DNA of 64,000 nt from Chloroflexota bacterium (GTDB taxonomy: Bacteria > Chloroflexota > Dehalococcoidia > UBA2979), in NCBI GenBank assembly GCA_016875635.1, contig VGPD01000005.1, positions 5,862 to 69,861 of the forward strand, in the 5' to 3' direction. The position numbers and the translations under genes are program-made. This document shows, in pieces, positions 46,055 to 57,151 of this stretch. Numbering within the stretch: position 1 is the stretch's first letter; the number at the start of each line of letters is the position of its first letter. A model generated the notes under the pieces. It worked only from the letters and a program-made list of their open reading frames with translations. It was not told the origin of the DNA and made no database searches.

Positions 46055-47968
46055 ATGATTGACGAGTCCGTCCTCCACCAGGTCCGCTCCCTCCCCGAGA
46101 GCCCGGGCGTCTACATCATGCGAGACGCCCGGGGCGACGTGATCTACATCGGCAAGGCACGCCGGCTGCGTGACCGCGTCCGCTCCTACTTCGGCTCCTC
46201 GCGCTCGCTGGAGCCGAAGGTGCGCTTCCTGGCCGAGGCCGCGCGCGTCATCGAACACGTCGTCACGCGGAACGAGGCGGAGGCCCTCCACCTCGAGGCG
46301 ACGCTGGTGAAGCGGTACCAGCCACCGCACAACGTCCGGTTGAAGGACGACAAGCACTACCCGTACTTGAAGGTCGACGTGCAGCACCAGTGGCCCCGGG
46401 TCACGATCACTCGACGGGTGGCAAGCGACGGCGCCCGCTACTTCGGGCCGTACGCCTCGGCCGGCTCCGTGCGCCGCACGCTCGATGTCGTGAAGAAACT
46501 GTTCCCGTGGCGCTCCTGCACCAAGGAGATCACCGGCGACGACCCGCGTCCGTGCCTCGACTACTTCATCAAGCGCTGCATCGCTCCGTGCACGTCCTAC
46601 TGCACGAAGGAGGAGTACGACAGCGTCATCGCGGAGACGATCCTGTTCCTCGAAGGACGTTCGGCGGAGGTACTGAAGCACACGCGTGCGGAGATGGAAC
46701 GCGCGGCCGCCAACCTCGAGTTCGAGCGAGCGGCGCGGCTGCGCGACCAGGTCACGGCGATCCAGCGGGTGACCGAGCGGCAGCAGATGGCAACGACGAA
46801 CACCCTCGACGCCGACGTCTTCGCGCTTGCCCGCCAGGACGACGAGGCCTGTGTCCAGGTCTTCTTCGTGCGCGGGACCGTCGTCGCCGACACCGATTCG
46901 TTCATGCTCGACGGCACCGCCGACACCTCCGACGCCGAAGTGCTCGCCGCCTTCCTCGCGCAGTTCTACGCGGACGCGACCTACGTCCCGCGGGTGGTGC
47001 TGCTCCCGTTCGAGCCGGCTGACCGCGCCGACCTCGAAATCGTGCTCCGCGAACGCCGCACGGGAGCTGTGGAGATCGCCGTGCCCGTCCGAGGCGAGCG
47101 CAGAGGCCTCGTCCAGACCGCCGAGGAGAACGCGCGCGAAAGCCTGCGGATGCACCACGCCCGCTGGGTCGTGGACCGGGACAGGACCGAATCTGCTCTG
47201 AATCTGCTGGCCGAGGAGCTGGACCTCCCCTCACCGTCTCACCGTATCGAGTGTTATGACATCTCCACGATCCAGGGGACGAGTACCGTCGCCTCGATGG
47301 TCGTGTTCATCGATGGTCGCCCGGCCAATCAGCAATACCGACGGTTCCGCATCAAGACGGTGCAAGGGCAGGACGACTTCGCCTCGATGAAAGAGGTGCT
47401 GACGCGCCGCTTCCGCCGGATCGCCGATCGCCGCCGCAGCGAACTCGCCGCGTCCGCCGACGCCGCCGATCTCCCTGCGGTCTCGGATGCCCCCGGCGAG
47501 GCCGGCGGGCCGGCTGTGCCCGAGGAATCTTCGCCGTGGGACGAAGTGCCCGACCTGGTGATCATCGACGGCGGCAAGGGACAACTCGGCGCCGCGCTAG
47601 ATGTGATGCGGGACCTCGGGCTGCGTGACATCCCCGTATGCGGACTCGCGAAGCAACAGGAAGAGATCTTCGTCGCGGACCTCGCGGACTCGATCATGCT
47701 TCCGCGCCAGTCCGAGGCGCTCTACCTCGTGCAACGCATCCGTGACGAGGCGCACCGCTTCGCAATCACCTACCACCGTCAGGTGCGCGGGAAGGCCGCG
47801 GTGCAGTCTGCCCTCGATGCCGTGCCCGGGGTCGGGCCGAAGCGGAAGCGTGCACTGCTTCGCAAGTTCGGGTCGGTGAAGGCGATCCGGGAAGCCACAG
47901 TGGAGGAAATCGCCTCAACAGTTGGTTTCACAGAACGCCTCGCGGTCGCTGTCAAGGCGGCGCTGTAA
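46055..47968 (+). CDS. uvrC: Excinuclease ABC subunit C
   Basis: PGVYIM...IYIGKA (GIY-YIG), RIECYDIS, IDGGKGQL, RDEAHRFAI, HhH. Confidence 0.96.
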   Translation: MIDESVLHQVRSLPESPGVYIMRDARGDVIYIGKARRLRDRVRSYFGSSRSLEPKVRFLAEAARVIEHVVTRNEAEALHLEATLVKRYQPPHNVRLKDDKHYPYLKVDVQHQWPRVTITRRVASDGARYFGPYASAGSVRRTLDVVKKLFPWRSCTKEITGDDPRPCLDYFIKRCIAPCTSYCTKEEYDSVIAETILFLEGRSAEVLKHTRAEMERAAANLEFERAARLRDQVTAIQRVTERQQMATTNTLDADVFALARQDDEACVQVFFVRGTVVADTDSFMLDGTADTSDAEVLAAFLAQFYADATYVPRVVLLPFEPADRADLEIVLRERRTGAVEIAVPVRGERRGLVQTAEENARESLRMHHARWVVDRDRTESALNLLAEELDLPSPSHRIECYDISTIQGTSTVASMVVFIDGRPANQQYRRFRIKTVQGQDDFASMKEVLTRRFRRIADRRRSELAASADAADLPAVSDAPGEAGGPAVPEESSPWDEVPDLVIIDGGKGQLGAALDVMRDLGLRDIPVCGLAKQQEEIFVADLADSIMLPRQSEALYLVQRIRDEAHRFAITYHRQVRGKAAVQSALDAVPGVGPKRKRALLRKFGSVKAIREATVEEIASTVGFTERLAVAVKAAL

Positions 47969-48187
47969 CGCTGCGACCTGCACTAGCTCCGGATGGTCCG
48001 GACAGACGACACGAAATCTTCACCCACAAACGAGCGCGTTATGTAGACATCACCGGCGCACCCCTGTATACGTAAAGCCCTTGCCGGCAGGGGTTTGCCT
48101 CGACTGACGGTTGGACGGCGATGCGCGTCTCGACGACGCGGGTGGAGAGCGGCGGGCTCGCGCGACGCGAGCATGGAAGGATGCAAG

Positions 48188-49120
48188 ATGCACGACCGCA
48201 TCGAGGCGTTCCTGCACTACCTGTCCGCTGAACGTGGTGCGTCCAAGAACACGATCGACGCCTACCGCAACGACCTCAATGGCTTCGAGAAGTTCGTCAT
48301 CACCGCCCACGCAGGCAACAACGGAAGCGTGAACGGCTCATCCCCTTCCATCGCGAAGGCCGTCACCAAAGAGACCATCCTCGGCTTCATCGGCGACCTC
48401 AACGGACGCTCGTACGCGAAGGCAACGGTTGCGCGGAAAGTCGCCGCGGTGAAGTCGTTCTGCGCCTTCCTGCTTGACCACGGCGACCTCACCTCAAACC
48501 CCACGGCCCAGATCGACTCCCCGCGCGCCCCGAAGCCCGTGCCGAAGCCGATGAGCACCGAGGAAGTCGACTCGCTCCTGCGGGAACCCCGCAAGTACGA
48601 CTCTGCGGAGGCGGTCCGCGACCACGCCATGCTCGAATTGATGTACGCGACCGGTATGCGGGTGACGGAACTGGTCTCCCTGAATATGGACTCCGTCCAC
48701 CTCTCCCCGGCGCCTGCCTGGGCACGCTGCCTCGGGAAGGGGTCCAAGGAGCGCACGATCCCCGTCCATGAGGCCGCCGTGCAGGCGCTGACGAAATACC
48801 TGGACGAAGCCCGACCGGTGCTGCTGAAGAACCGCACCCAGCACGCCCTCTTCGTGAACCGTCGCGGCGAACGCCTCACCCGCCAGGGCTTCTGGCTGAT
48901 CCTGAAGGGCTACGCCCAGTCCGCCGGCATCACCGCGCACGTCACGCCACATACGCTGCGCCATTCCTTCGCTACCCACTTGCTCCGAGGTGGGGCATCG
49001 GTCCGCGACGTCCAGGAGCTTCTGGGCCACGCCAACGTCTCCACGACGCAGGTGTATACCCAACTCGCGGACGAGCACCTCCGCGAGGTCTACCAGTCCG
49101 TGCACCCTCGGGCGCGCTGA
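48188..49120 (+). CDS. xerD: Tyrosine recombinase XerD
   Basis: YATGMRVTEL, GKGSKER, LTRQGFW, TPHTLRHSFATHLL, LLGHANVSTTQVY. Confidence 0.9.
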   Translation: MHDRIEAFLHYLSAERGASKNTIDAYRNDLNGFEKFVITAHAGNNGSVNGSSPSIAKAVTKETILGFIGDLNGRSYAKATVARKVAAVKSFCAFLLDHGDLTSNPTAQIDSPRAPKPVPKPMSTEEVDSLLREPRKYDSAEAVRDHAMLELMYATGMRVTELVSLNMDSVHLSPAPAWARCLGKGSKERTIPVHEAAVQALTKYLDEARPVLLKNRTQHALFVNRRGERLTRQGFWLILKGYAQSAGITAHVTPHTLRHSFATHLLRGGASVRDVQELLGHANVSTTQVYTQLADEHLREVYQSVHPRAR

Positions 49121-49191
49121 CTCCGATGCCGGTTGCCTCCTCCAGCCGGAGGGGCGATCCTCAACCCGTACCCCAAGCCGGCGACGCCTGA

Positions 49192-50478
<1,287 letters not shown>

Positions 50479-50486
50479 GCAGCACA

Positions 50487-51410
50487 ATGACCACCGGCGA
50501 GACGGCGCACGACGGCCACGAGCACCCCCCGCTGCGAATCGCCGACCCGCCTCAACGCGTCTCCGGCATGAAGGTACTGCCGGGCTGGGCGCTCCCCGGC
50601 AAGCCCGACGGGCTCGACGACGTCGAAGAGGACGCGTGGCGTCAGACGGGTTTCGTCTGCGCGGAGGAATGGCGGCTGCTGGAGGCGAACCTGCACATCC
50701 AGGCGCGCGTGGCCGCTGCGGGCTACCAGATGACCGCGCGCACGATGACGATGGCGGCGTACGCCAGTCTCTGGAGCCGCGCCTTCCTCCTGCTCTCCGA
50801 CGCCGCTGCCCTCCTCCGCCGCGGTGCCTACCAGTCCGCCGTCCCGCTCTTGAGAAACGCGGTGGAGATGGTCGCCGCAGAGCATGGGATCACCGGCGAG
50901 ATGGACGAATGGCGTCGCTGGACGCACGAGGCCTACGGCCGCCACGAACCCACCCGCTCCATCGAAGTCGGCATGGGGCAGTACTTTTCCGGTGAGTCGA
51001 TCGCCTCCACCCCGCACCTGCGCCTGATCTACCGGGCCGCGTCGGACCTCTCCCGGCCCAACTTTGGCCCCACCGCGCTGTTCGTCGCGGAGGGCGCGAG
51101 CCACGAGCGGTACCCGCTGGTCTTCGCCGACCGCGCGTTCCACCTGGGCTGGGCGCAACTGCTCATCGGCTGGGCGCTCCGCATCGGCGTTGCCCAGCTG
51201 CACGAGGCGCTCCACCTGGCGCAGCACTTCCCTGTGGACGCCGAGCTCCGCGCGGAGGCCGTCGCCCATGCGCGTGCCGCCGAGGCCACCCTGGACGCCT
51301 CCGGCCGTTGCCACATCGAAGAGTGGGAGGACCCTCGCGGGCGGCGCCGCACAATCCTCGCGGGGTTCCGGCGGAAGCCCTCGGACGCCCCCACGAGAAT
51401 TTTGCTCTAA
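50487..51410 (+). CDS. Hypothetical helical protein, DUF5677/HEPN-like pattern
   Basis: LLRRGAYQSAVPLLRNAVE and IYRAASDLSRPN; starts 8 bp after eno; native codon usage. Confidence 0.7.
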   Translation: MTTGETAHDGHEHPPLRIADPPQRVSGMKVLPGWALPGKPDGLDDVEEDAWRQTGFVCAEEWRLLEANLHIQARVAAAGYQMTARTMTMAAYASLWSRAFLLLSDAAALLRRGAYQSAVPLLRNAVEMVAAEHGITGEMDEWRRWTHEAYGRHEPTRSIEVGMGQYFSGESIASTPHLRLIYRAASDLSRPNFGPTALFVAEGASHERYPLVFADRAFHLGWAQLLIGWALRIGVAQLHEALHLAQHFPVDAELRAEAVAHARAAEATLDASGRCHIEEWEDPRGRRRTILAGFRRKPSDAPTRILL

Positions 51411-51544
51411 CGCGCCAGGAAGGACCCCGTGCCTTCCCCGCATCCGGATCAGGGGTGTCCTCCGGGGCCCCTCCCCCACATGCTCCTCGCTCGCTACGAT
51501 CCGTGCCGCGCCGCTCTCCCCTGCGGGCGTATGGAGGGAATCCG

Positions 51545-52561
51545 ATGACGCTGCGAGTCGGCATCAACGGTTTCGGACGAACCGGCCGTCAGGCGTTCCG
51601 CGCCTGGTGGGAACACCGGCGGAACGACTTCGAGATCGTTGCCATCAACCGGGGACCGGTCGAGATCCGCACGCATCTGCTGCGCTATGACTCCGACTAC
51701 GGACGCTTCCCAGCCACCGTCGAGGACGGCAAGGATTCGTTCGCGGTGGGCGGCACGCATGAGGTCCGTGTTTTCAACGCTGACGACCCGGCAGAGATCC
51801 CGTGGGGCGAGGCGAACGTCGATCTTGTAATCGACTGCACCGGGAAGTTCCGGGACGCGAAGCAGGCGAAGGCCCACCTGCGCGATTCCGTAAAGAAGGT
51901 CATCATCTCGGCGCCGGCGAAGGGCGACGACTGGACCGTGATCATGGGCGCGAACCAGTCCGAGTATGACCCGAAGAACCACCACGTCATCTCGGCGGGT
52001 TCCTGCACGACAAACTGCGTCGTGCTCGCCGTGAAGGTCCTGAACGACGCGTTCGGCGTCGAGCGCGGGATGATGACCACGGTCCACTCATACACGGGCG
52101 ACCAGAACCTGGTCGACAACAGCCACAAGGACCTGCGCCGAGCGCGCGCCGCAGCCATGAACATCGTCCCGACGTCCTCGGGCGCCTCCGACGCGGTGGG
52201 GCGGATCATCCCGTCGCTCGCCGGGAAGTTCGACGGCTTCGCCTACCGCGTGCCAACCCCGACGGTCTCCGTCCTTGACCTCGTCACGTCGCTCCGCGAC
52301 ACGCCCTCGGTGGGTGCGATCAACGAGGCGTACCTGGCGGCTGCTGAGGGCGAGTTGAAGGGGTACATGTACTACGAGACCGACGAACTGGTCTCGATGG
52401 ACTTCAAAGGCCACCCCGGCTCCGCCATCCATGACGCCCCGACTACCCTGATCGTCCCGGGCGGGATGACCAAGACCATGGCCTGGTACGACAACGAGTG
52501 GGGATACTCCTGCCGGCTGACGGACGTGGTCGCGCTGATCGCGGAGCGAGGCCTCTCCTAG
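51545..52561 (+). CDS. gap: Glyceraldehyde-3-phosphate dehydrogenase type I
   Basis: GINGFGR, SCTTNC, RRARAAA, WYDNEWGYS. Confidence 0.96.
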   Translation: MTLRVGINGFGRTGRQAFRAWWEHRRNDFEIVAINRGPVEIRTHLLRYDSDYGRFPATVEDGKDSFAVGGTHEVRVFNADDPAEIPWGEANVDLVIDCTGKFRDAKQAKAHLRDSVKKVIISAPAKGDDWTVIMGANQSEYDPKNHHVISAGSCTTNCVVLAVKVLNDAFGVERGMMTTVHSYTGDQNLVDNSHKDLRRARAAAMNIVPTSSGASDAVGRIIPSLAGKFDGFAYRVPTPTVSVLDLVTSLRDTPSVGAINEAYLAAAEGELKGYMYYETDELVSMDFKGHPGSAIHDAPTTLIVPGGMTKTMAWYDNEWGYSCRLTDVVALIAERGLS

Positions 52562-52585
52562 CGCCCCGAACTGCTGGCGCTCCTG

Positions 52586-52620
52586 ACAGACGCCCCGGCT
52601 CCGGGGCGTCTGTGTTATGT
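52586..52620 (+). terminator. Intrinsic terminator after gap
   Basis: acagacgccccgg-ct-ccggggcgtctgt followed by a T-rich tail (gttatgtt). Confidence 0.7.
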
Positions 52621-52748
52621 TATGTAGGCCGATGCGGCGGGGCATCCGGCACACCTGGCGTGGAGGCGGCTCAGGCTCGAGCCCGCCTCCGCGCCACGCC
52701 TCGCCCTCTCCGGACGCGCCTGCGCGTCGCCCCACCTACACTCGAACC

Positions 52749-54092
52749 ATGCTTGACGCTCTGACTGAACGGCTCTCCGGCACCTTCCGGCGGCTCGGCT
52801 CGTCCGGGCGCATCGGCGAGAAAGAACTCGACGAGGCGCTCCGCGAGGTGCGCATCGCGCTCCTCGAAGCCGACGTCAACTTCAAAGTGGTGCGTGACTT
52901 CATCGCCCGCGTCCGGGACCGCGCGCTGGGCCAGGAAGTGCTGCAGTCGATCACCCCCGGCCAGCAGGTCATCGGCATCGTGCACCAGGTGCTCGTCGAG
53001 ACCCTCGGCAAAGAGCACGCCCCGCTTGAACGTGCGAACGGCGGCCCGACCAAGATCATGGTGGTCGGCTCAAAGGGCTCGGGGAAAACCACCCTCGCCG
53101 GCCGGCTCGCCCTGAAGTTCAAGTCGGAAGGCTTCCGCCCGCTGCTGGTCTCCACGGACTTCGAGCGCGTCGCCGCCTCCGAGCAGCTGCAGGTGCTGGC
53201 GGAGTCGATCGATGTCCCCGTCTACGTCGAGGAGCACGAGGCCCCGGCCGCGGAGGTCGCGAAGCGGGCGCTGTCCCACGCGGCGAAGATCAACGCGAAC
53301 GCCATCATCGTGGATACCGTCGGCGCGGTGATGCTGGACGACGAGCTGGCGGACGCCCTCGCCGCGCTTGCGGACGAGGTCGACCCGACCGAGCTCCTCA
53401 TCGTGGTGGACGCCATGACCGGCCAGGAAGCGGTCACCCTCGCCAAGGAGTTCCACGATGTCCTGGAAGGCTCCGGCATCGTCGTGACGAAGGTGGACTC
53501 CGACACCCGGGGCGGCGCCGTGCTCTCCGTGCGGGAGGTCACCGGCCTGCCGGTGAAGTTCATCACCACCGGCGAACGGCTGGAAGCGCTGGAGGAGTTC
53601 CACCCGGACCGGTTCGCCTCGCGTGTCCTCGGCATGGGGGACGTGGTCACGCTGGTCGAGAAGGCGAAGGCGGCGATTGGCGAGCGGGACGCCAAAGAGG
53701 TCGCCCGGCGGATGCGGACCGGCCAGTTCGACCTGGAGGACTTCCTGGGCCAGATGGAGCAGCTGAAGAAGATGGGGCCGCTTTCCGGCATCTTCGACAT
53801 GCTCCCCGGCGCCGGGGCCATCAAGGCCCAGCTCGGTGGCGGATTCGACATGAATGAGAAGTTCATCAGCCAGTCGGAGGCGATCATCCGTTCGATGACC
53901 GTCGAGGAGCGCCGTCACCCAGAGGTCATCAACGGTTCTCGACGGCGGCGGATCGCCCGGGGATCCGGCACCCACCCCTCCGACGTGAACCGCCTCTTGA
54001 ATCAGTTCGCCGAAGCCCGCAAACTGATGAAGGCGATGGCTGGCGGCGGCGGAAAGAACGCTGGCGGCATCCGTCGGATGCTGGGCCTATGA
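52749..54092 (+). CDS. ffh: Signal recognition particle protein Ffh
   Basis: ALLEADVNFKVV, GSGKTT, DAMTGQ, FHPDRFASRVLGMGD, M-domain IIRSMT...SRRRRIARGSG; lies upstream of rpsP. Confidence 0.93.
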   Translation: MLDALTERLSGTFRRLGSSGRIGEKELDEALREVRIALLEADVNFKVVRDFIARVRDRALGQEVLQSITPGQQVIGIVHQVLVETLGKEHAPLERANGGPTKIMVVGSKGSGKTTLAGRLALKFKSEGFRPLLVSTDFERVAASEQLQVLAESIDVPVYVEEHEAPAAEVAKRALSHAAKINANAIIVDTVGAVMLDDELADALAALADEVDPTELLIVVDAMTGQEAVTLAKEFHDVLEGSGIVVTKVDSDTRGGAVLSVREVTGLPVKFITTGERLEALEEFHPDRFASRVLGMGDVVTLVEKAKAAIGERDAKEVARRMRTGQFDLEDFLGQMEQLKKMGPLSGIFDMLPGAGAIKAQLGGGFDMNEKFISQSEAIIRSMTVEERRHPEVINGSRRRRIARGSGTHPSDVNRLLNQFAEARKLMKAMAGGGGKNAGGIRRMLGL

Positions 54093-54203
54093 ATCTGGGG
54101 CATGGCCCCCACTAGACCCCACCCCCGAACCGCCCGACACTGACCAGCCAACCCCCGGCGTCCGCGTGTGAAGAGACGCGACGCCCCCTGAAGGAATCTG
54201 CCC

Positions 54204-54632
54204 GTGCTCCGTATCCGCCTCCGCCGTACCGGCCAGAAGCATCAGCCCTCCTACCGCATCGTCGTCGCCCACAAGGAGACGAAGCGTGACGGTGGCTTCC
54301 TGGAGATCGTGGGGCACTACAACCCGACGACCGACCCTCGCACGCTCGAGGTGAACTCGGAGCGGACGAAATACTGGCTGTCCGTCGGCGCCCAGCCCTC
54401 GGAGACGGTCGCGCGCCTGCTGTTTAGCGCCGGCGTCACCACGACCGAGCCTAAGCGGCGCGTCACCCAACCGACCCGGGCTGAGCGTGAGGCAGCCGAG
54501 GCCGCCAAGAAGGCGCACGCCGAAGAGGTGAAGGCCCGCAAGGACGCTGAGGCCGCCGCCGCGAAGGCTGCCGCCGAGGCTGCTGCTGCCGCTGAGAAGG
54601 CGGCCGCCGAGGCGGCCGCCGGTACGAACTAA
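54204..54632 (+). CDS. rpsP: 30S ribosomal protein S16 with an Ala/Glu/Lys-rich tail
   Basis: LRIRLRRTGQKHQPSYRIVV...GHYNP...WLSVGAQPSETV. Confidence 0.96.
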   Translation: MLRIRLRRTGQKHQPSYRIVVAHKETKRDGGFLEIVGHYNPTTDPRTLEVNSERTKYWLSVGAQPSETVARLLFSAGVTTTEPKRRVTQPTRAEREAAEAAKKAHAEEVKARKDAEAAAAKAAAEAAAAAEKAAAEAAAGTN

Positions 54633-54635
54633 GCG

Positions 54636-54863
54636 ATGCGCGCACTCATCGAGTACCTGGCCCGCGCCCTCGCCGAGCACCCCGACGACGTCGTCGTGGA
54701 GGAAGAGCACGACGGCGACCGCATCCTCCTCTACCTCTACGTGAACGACGAGGACAAGGGCCGCGTCATCGGCCGTGACGGGCGCTGCGCCAACGCGATG
54801 CGCTCTCTGCTGCACGTCGCGGCTGTGCGTGCCGGCGTCCGCGCCACGCTCAACATCGAGTAA
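54636..54863 (+). CDS. khpA: KH-domain RNA-binding protein
   Basis: DKGRVIGRDGR; canonical position between rpsP and rimM. Confidence 0.92.
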   Translation: MRALIEYLARALAEHPDDVVVEEEHDGDRILLYLYVNDEDKGRVIGRDGRCANAMRSLLHVAAVRAGVRATLNIE

Positions 54864-54875
54864 AGCGCGCCTCCG

Positions 54876-55511
54876 ATGTCAGGCTCCCGGCCCAACCCCG
54901 CCCGCCGTCCCCGACGGCCGGGTGCGCGCGTCCTGCGCGTGCCCGGCCCTCGACCGGCATACCGGCCGATCGACGACTCCCCGGTGCCTACCCCCGACGA
55001 GCGGGTGGCGATCGGACGGATCAACGCACCATGGGGGCTCAAGGGGCATGTGAAAGTCACCCCGCTCACCGCGAACCCGGAACGGTTCACCGTGGGGGCC
55101 GTCGTCATCCTAAACGGCGCCCGCGCCCGCATCGCGGACATCGAGACTCCGCTCGGGTTCCCCTGCGTCCTGTTTGAGGGCCACGAGGGCCGCAACGCCG
55201 CCGAGGCGCTGCGCGGACTGCTCATCGAAATCCCGGAGAGCGACCTGCCCCCGCTCCCGGAGGGCGAGTACTACACCCACGATCTCATCGGCATGTCCGT
55301 AGTGACCACGGCGGGAGAGCCGGTCGGCGTGCTGGAGCAGGTGCTGGTGACCGGCGCGAACGATGTCTACCTCGTACGGCTGCCGGACCAGAAGGATGTC
55401 CTGATCCCCGCGCTCGGACACATCGTGATCGAGGTGGACGTGCCGGGAAAGCGCATGGTGATCGAGCCGGTGAAGGGACTGCTGAGCGGATCGCCTGAGG
55501 ATCGCGAGTAG
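54876..55511 (+). CDS. rimM: Ribosome maturation factor RimM (start uncertain)
   Basis: GRINAPWGLKGHVKV, LPEGEYYTHDLIG, TGANDVY. Confidence 0.92.
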   Translation: MSGSRPNPARRPRRPGARVLRVPGPRPAYRPIDDSPVPTPDERVAIGRINAPWGLKGHVKVTPLTANPERFTVGAVVILNGARARIADIETPLGFPCVLFEGHEGRNAAEALRGLLIEIPESDLPPLPEGEYYTHDLIGMSVVTTAGEPVGVLEQVLVTGANDVYLVRLPDQKDVLIPALGHIVIEVDVPGKRMVIEPVKGLLSGSPEDRE

Positions 55512-55590
55512 CCACGGCCTTGGTCGCGTTGCCCGTCCCTCGGTGCGCCCTATACTCGGTCATGCTGCCTCTCAGGGAGGCGAGCCCTGT

Positions 55591-55666
<76 letters not shown>

Positions 55667-55697
55667 TTCCGCCCGCGGAGCCCGCTGCGGCTCGCGC

Positions 55698-55772
55698 GCC
55701 CTCGTAGCTCAGTGGATAGAGCGTTGGTTTCCTAAACCATGTGCGCAGGTTCGATTCCTGCCGGGGGCACCA
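55698..55772 (+). tRNA. tRNA-Arg(CCT)
   Basis: TGGT-TTCCTAA-ACCA; GGTTCGATTCC; CCA. Confidence 0.93.
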
Positions 55773-55926
55773 GATGCCCCGGAGCCGGCGTGCTGAACCA
55801 CTCAGCCGCCCACCCCGCGATTTCGCTCATTCACCGGCGCACCAGGCCGCAGGTGGTTCCATCGAATCTTCCTCCACCGTGGTATGAATGTCGGCAATCG
55901 CTTCGGCTCCATGATGCCGCGCGGAC

Positions 55927-57147
55927 ATGACGGGAAAAGTGAGCCAGCGCACGATGACGAGCATCCCCCGTCCCCTGGCCGAACGCCGCATCCTCGAAGT
56001 CGGTGGCTCCTTGCCGGTCGCGGCAGCGGCCAAATTGTTCTCCGACTATGGGGCTGACGTCATCAAGGTCGAACCAATCGGAGGCGCGCCGATGCGCCGC
56101 CTCCCCCCCTTTCTGGGCGATGTCCCCAACCTGGAGTCAGGGGCCTGGCACATCGCGCTCGACACCGGAAAACGTTCGGTGGTCGTCGATATCCAGACCG
56201 CATCAGGCCGCGAGATCCTCGGCCGGCTTTGCCCCCAGGCCGACCTTGTACTCATCCACACGACAAGCACCCTCGCGATCGACATCCGCGAGGATATCCG
56301 TGCGCTCGCCCGACCGCCGGTGGTGGTCGTGTTGACCGAGCACGGACTGGACGGCCCGCGCAGCGGCCACATCGAAAACGACACGTCGCTCTTCGCGTGG
56401 ACCGGCCGGATGCGCCAACACGCGATCGCCGGGGAGGAGCCGCTGCGGTACGCCCCCCACGTCGCGGAGATGCAGTGGGCGGCGACGGCTTCGGCTGCCG
56501 GCGCCGCCGCGCTGTGGGCACACACGGACGGCCAACCAGCAAGCGAGATCGAAGTAAGCGGCGTCGAGGCGCTCACCGGCAACGTCGATGCCTGGTTCGT
56601 CGCCTGGGAGTTCATGGGGGTGGAGATGCCTCGCGTGGCGGGCCAGTCACAGACGGCGTACCCGGCTGGCTGCTACCCGTGCGCCGACGGTTACGTCGTC
56701 TTCGCCGCCGCGAACCAACCGTTCTTCGGCCGGCTCTGCGAGGGGATCGGGCGGCCGGAACTCGCCGCTGACCCACGCTTCGCTGACCCCGTTCGGAAGC
56801 CGCTCCACTTTAACGACTTCATTACCGTCCTGAACCCATGGCTGCGGGCACGGACCAAGCACGAGATCTTCACCACACTGCAGCAGTACGGCGTAATGGT
56901 CGCGCCCGTCCTCGACGCATCGGAGATCGCCGGAGACGCCCAGGCGGTCGCCCGCCAGTCGTTCGTCGAGCGTCCGCTCCCCGACGGCCAGACGGCGGTG
57001 ATCGCCGGGCCGCCATTCCGCATGATGGACGGCTGGGAGGCCGGCCCCCCACCCCGCGTGGGCGAGCACACGGACGAGGTCCTGCGCGACCTCGGCTACT
57101 CCTCCACGGAGCGGCTCGCGCTGTTCCGTGGGGGCGTGACGGGATAG
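55927..57147 (+). CDS. Family III (CaiB/BaiF) CoA-transferase, catalytic Asp apparently replaced
   Basis: DYGADVIKVEP, GKRSV, YPCADGYV, PPRVGEHT; PHVAEMQW at the Asp position. Confidence 0.88.
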   Translation: MTGKVSQRTMTSIPRPLAERRILEVGGSLPVAAAAKLFSDYGADVIKVEPIGGAPMRRLPPFLGDVPNLESGAWHIALDTGKRSVVVDIQTASGREILGRLCPQADLVLIHTTSTLAIDIREDIRALARPPVVVVLTEHGLDGPRSGHIENDTSLFAWTGRMRQHAIAGEEPLRYAPHVAEMQWAATASAAGAAALWAHTDGQPASEIEVSGVEALTGNVDAWFVAWEFMGVEMPRVAGQSQTAYPAGCYPCADGYVVFAAANQPFFGRLCEGIGRPELAADPRFADPVRKPLHFNDFITVLNPWLRARTKHEIFTTLQQYGVMVAPVLDASEIAGDAQAVARQSFVERPLPDGQTAVIAGPPFRMMDGWEAGPPPRVGEHTDEVLRDLGYSSTERLALFRGGVTG

Positions 57148-57151
57148 CCGA

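Noticed and set aside
48188-49120. Tyrosine recombinase as the integrase of an island at the tRNA cluster
   Set aside because: It has XerD signatures (TRQGFW), is flanked by uvrC and eno, and no duplicated tRNA 3' end was seen.
52611-52628. dif site (TTATGTTA)
   Set aside because: Only a partial XerD-arm match with no XerC arm; it is the tail of the gap terminator.
54470-54625. GCC/GAG/AAG-rich repeat
   Set aside because: It encodes the Ala/Glu/Lys tail of S16, a common extension.
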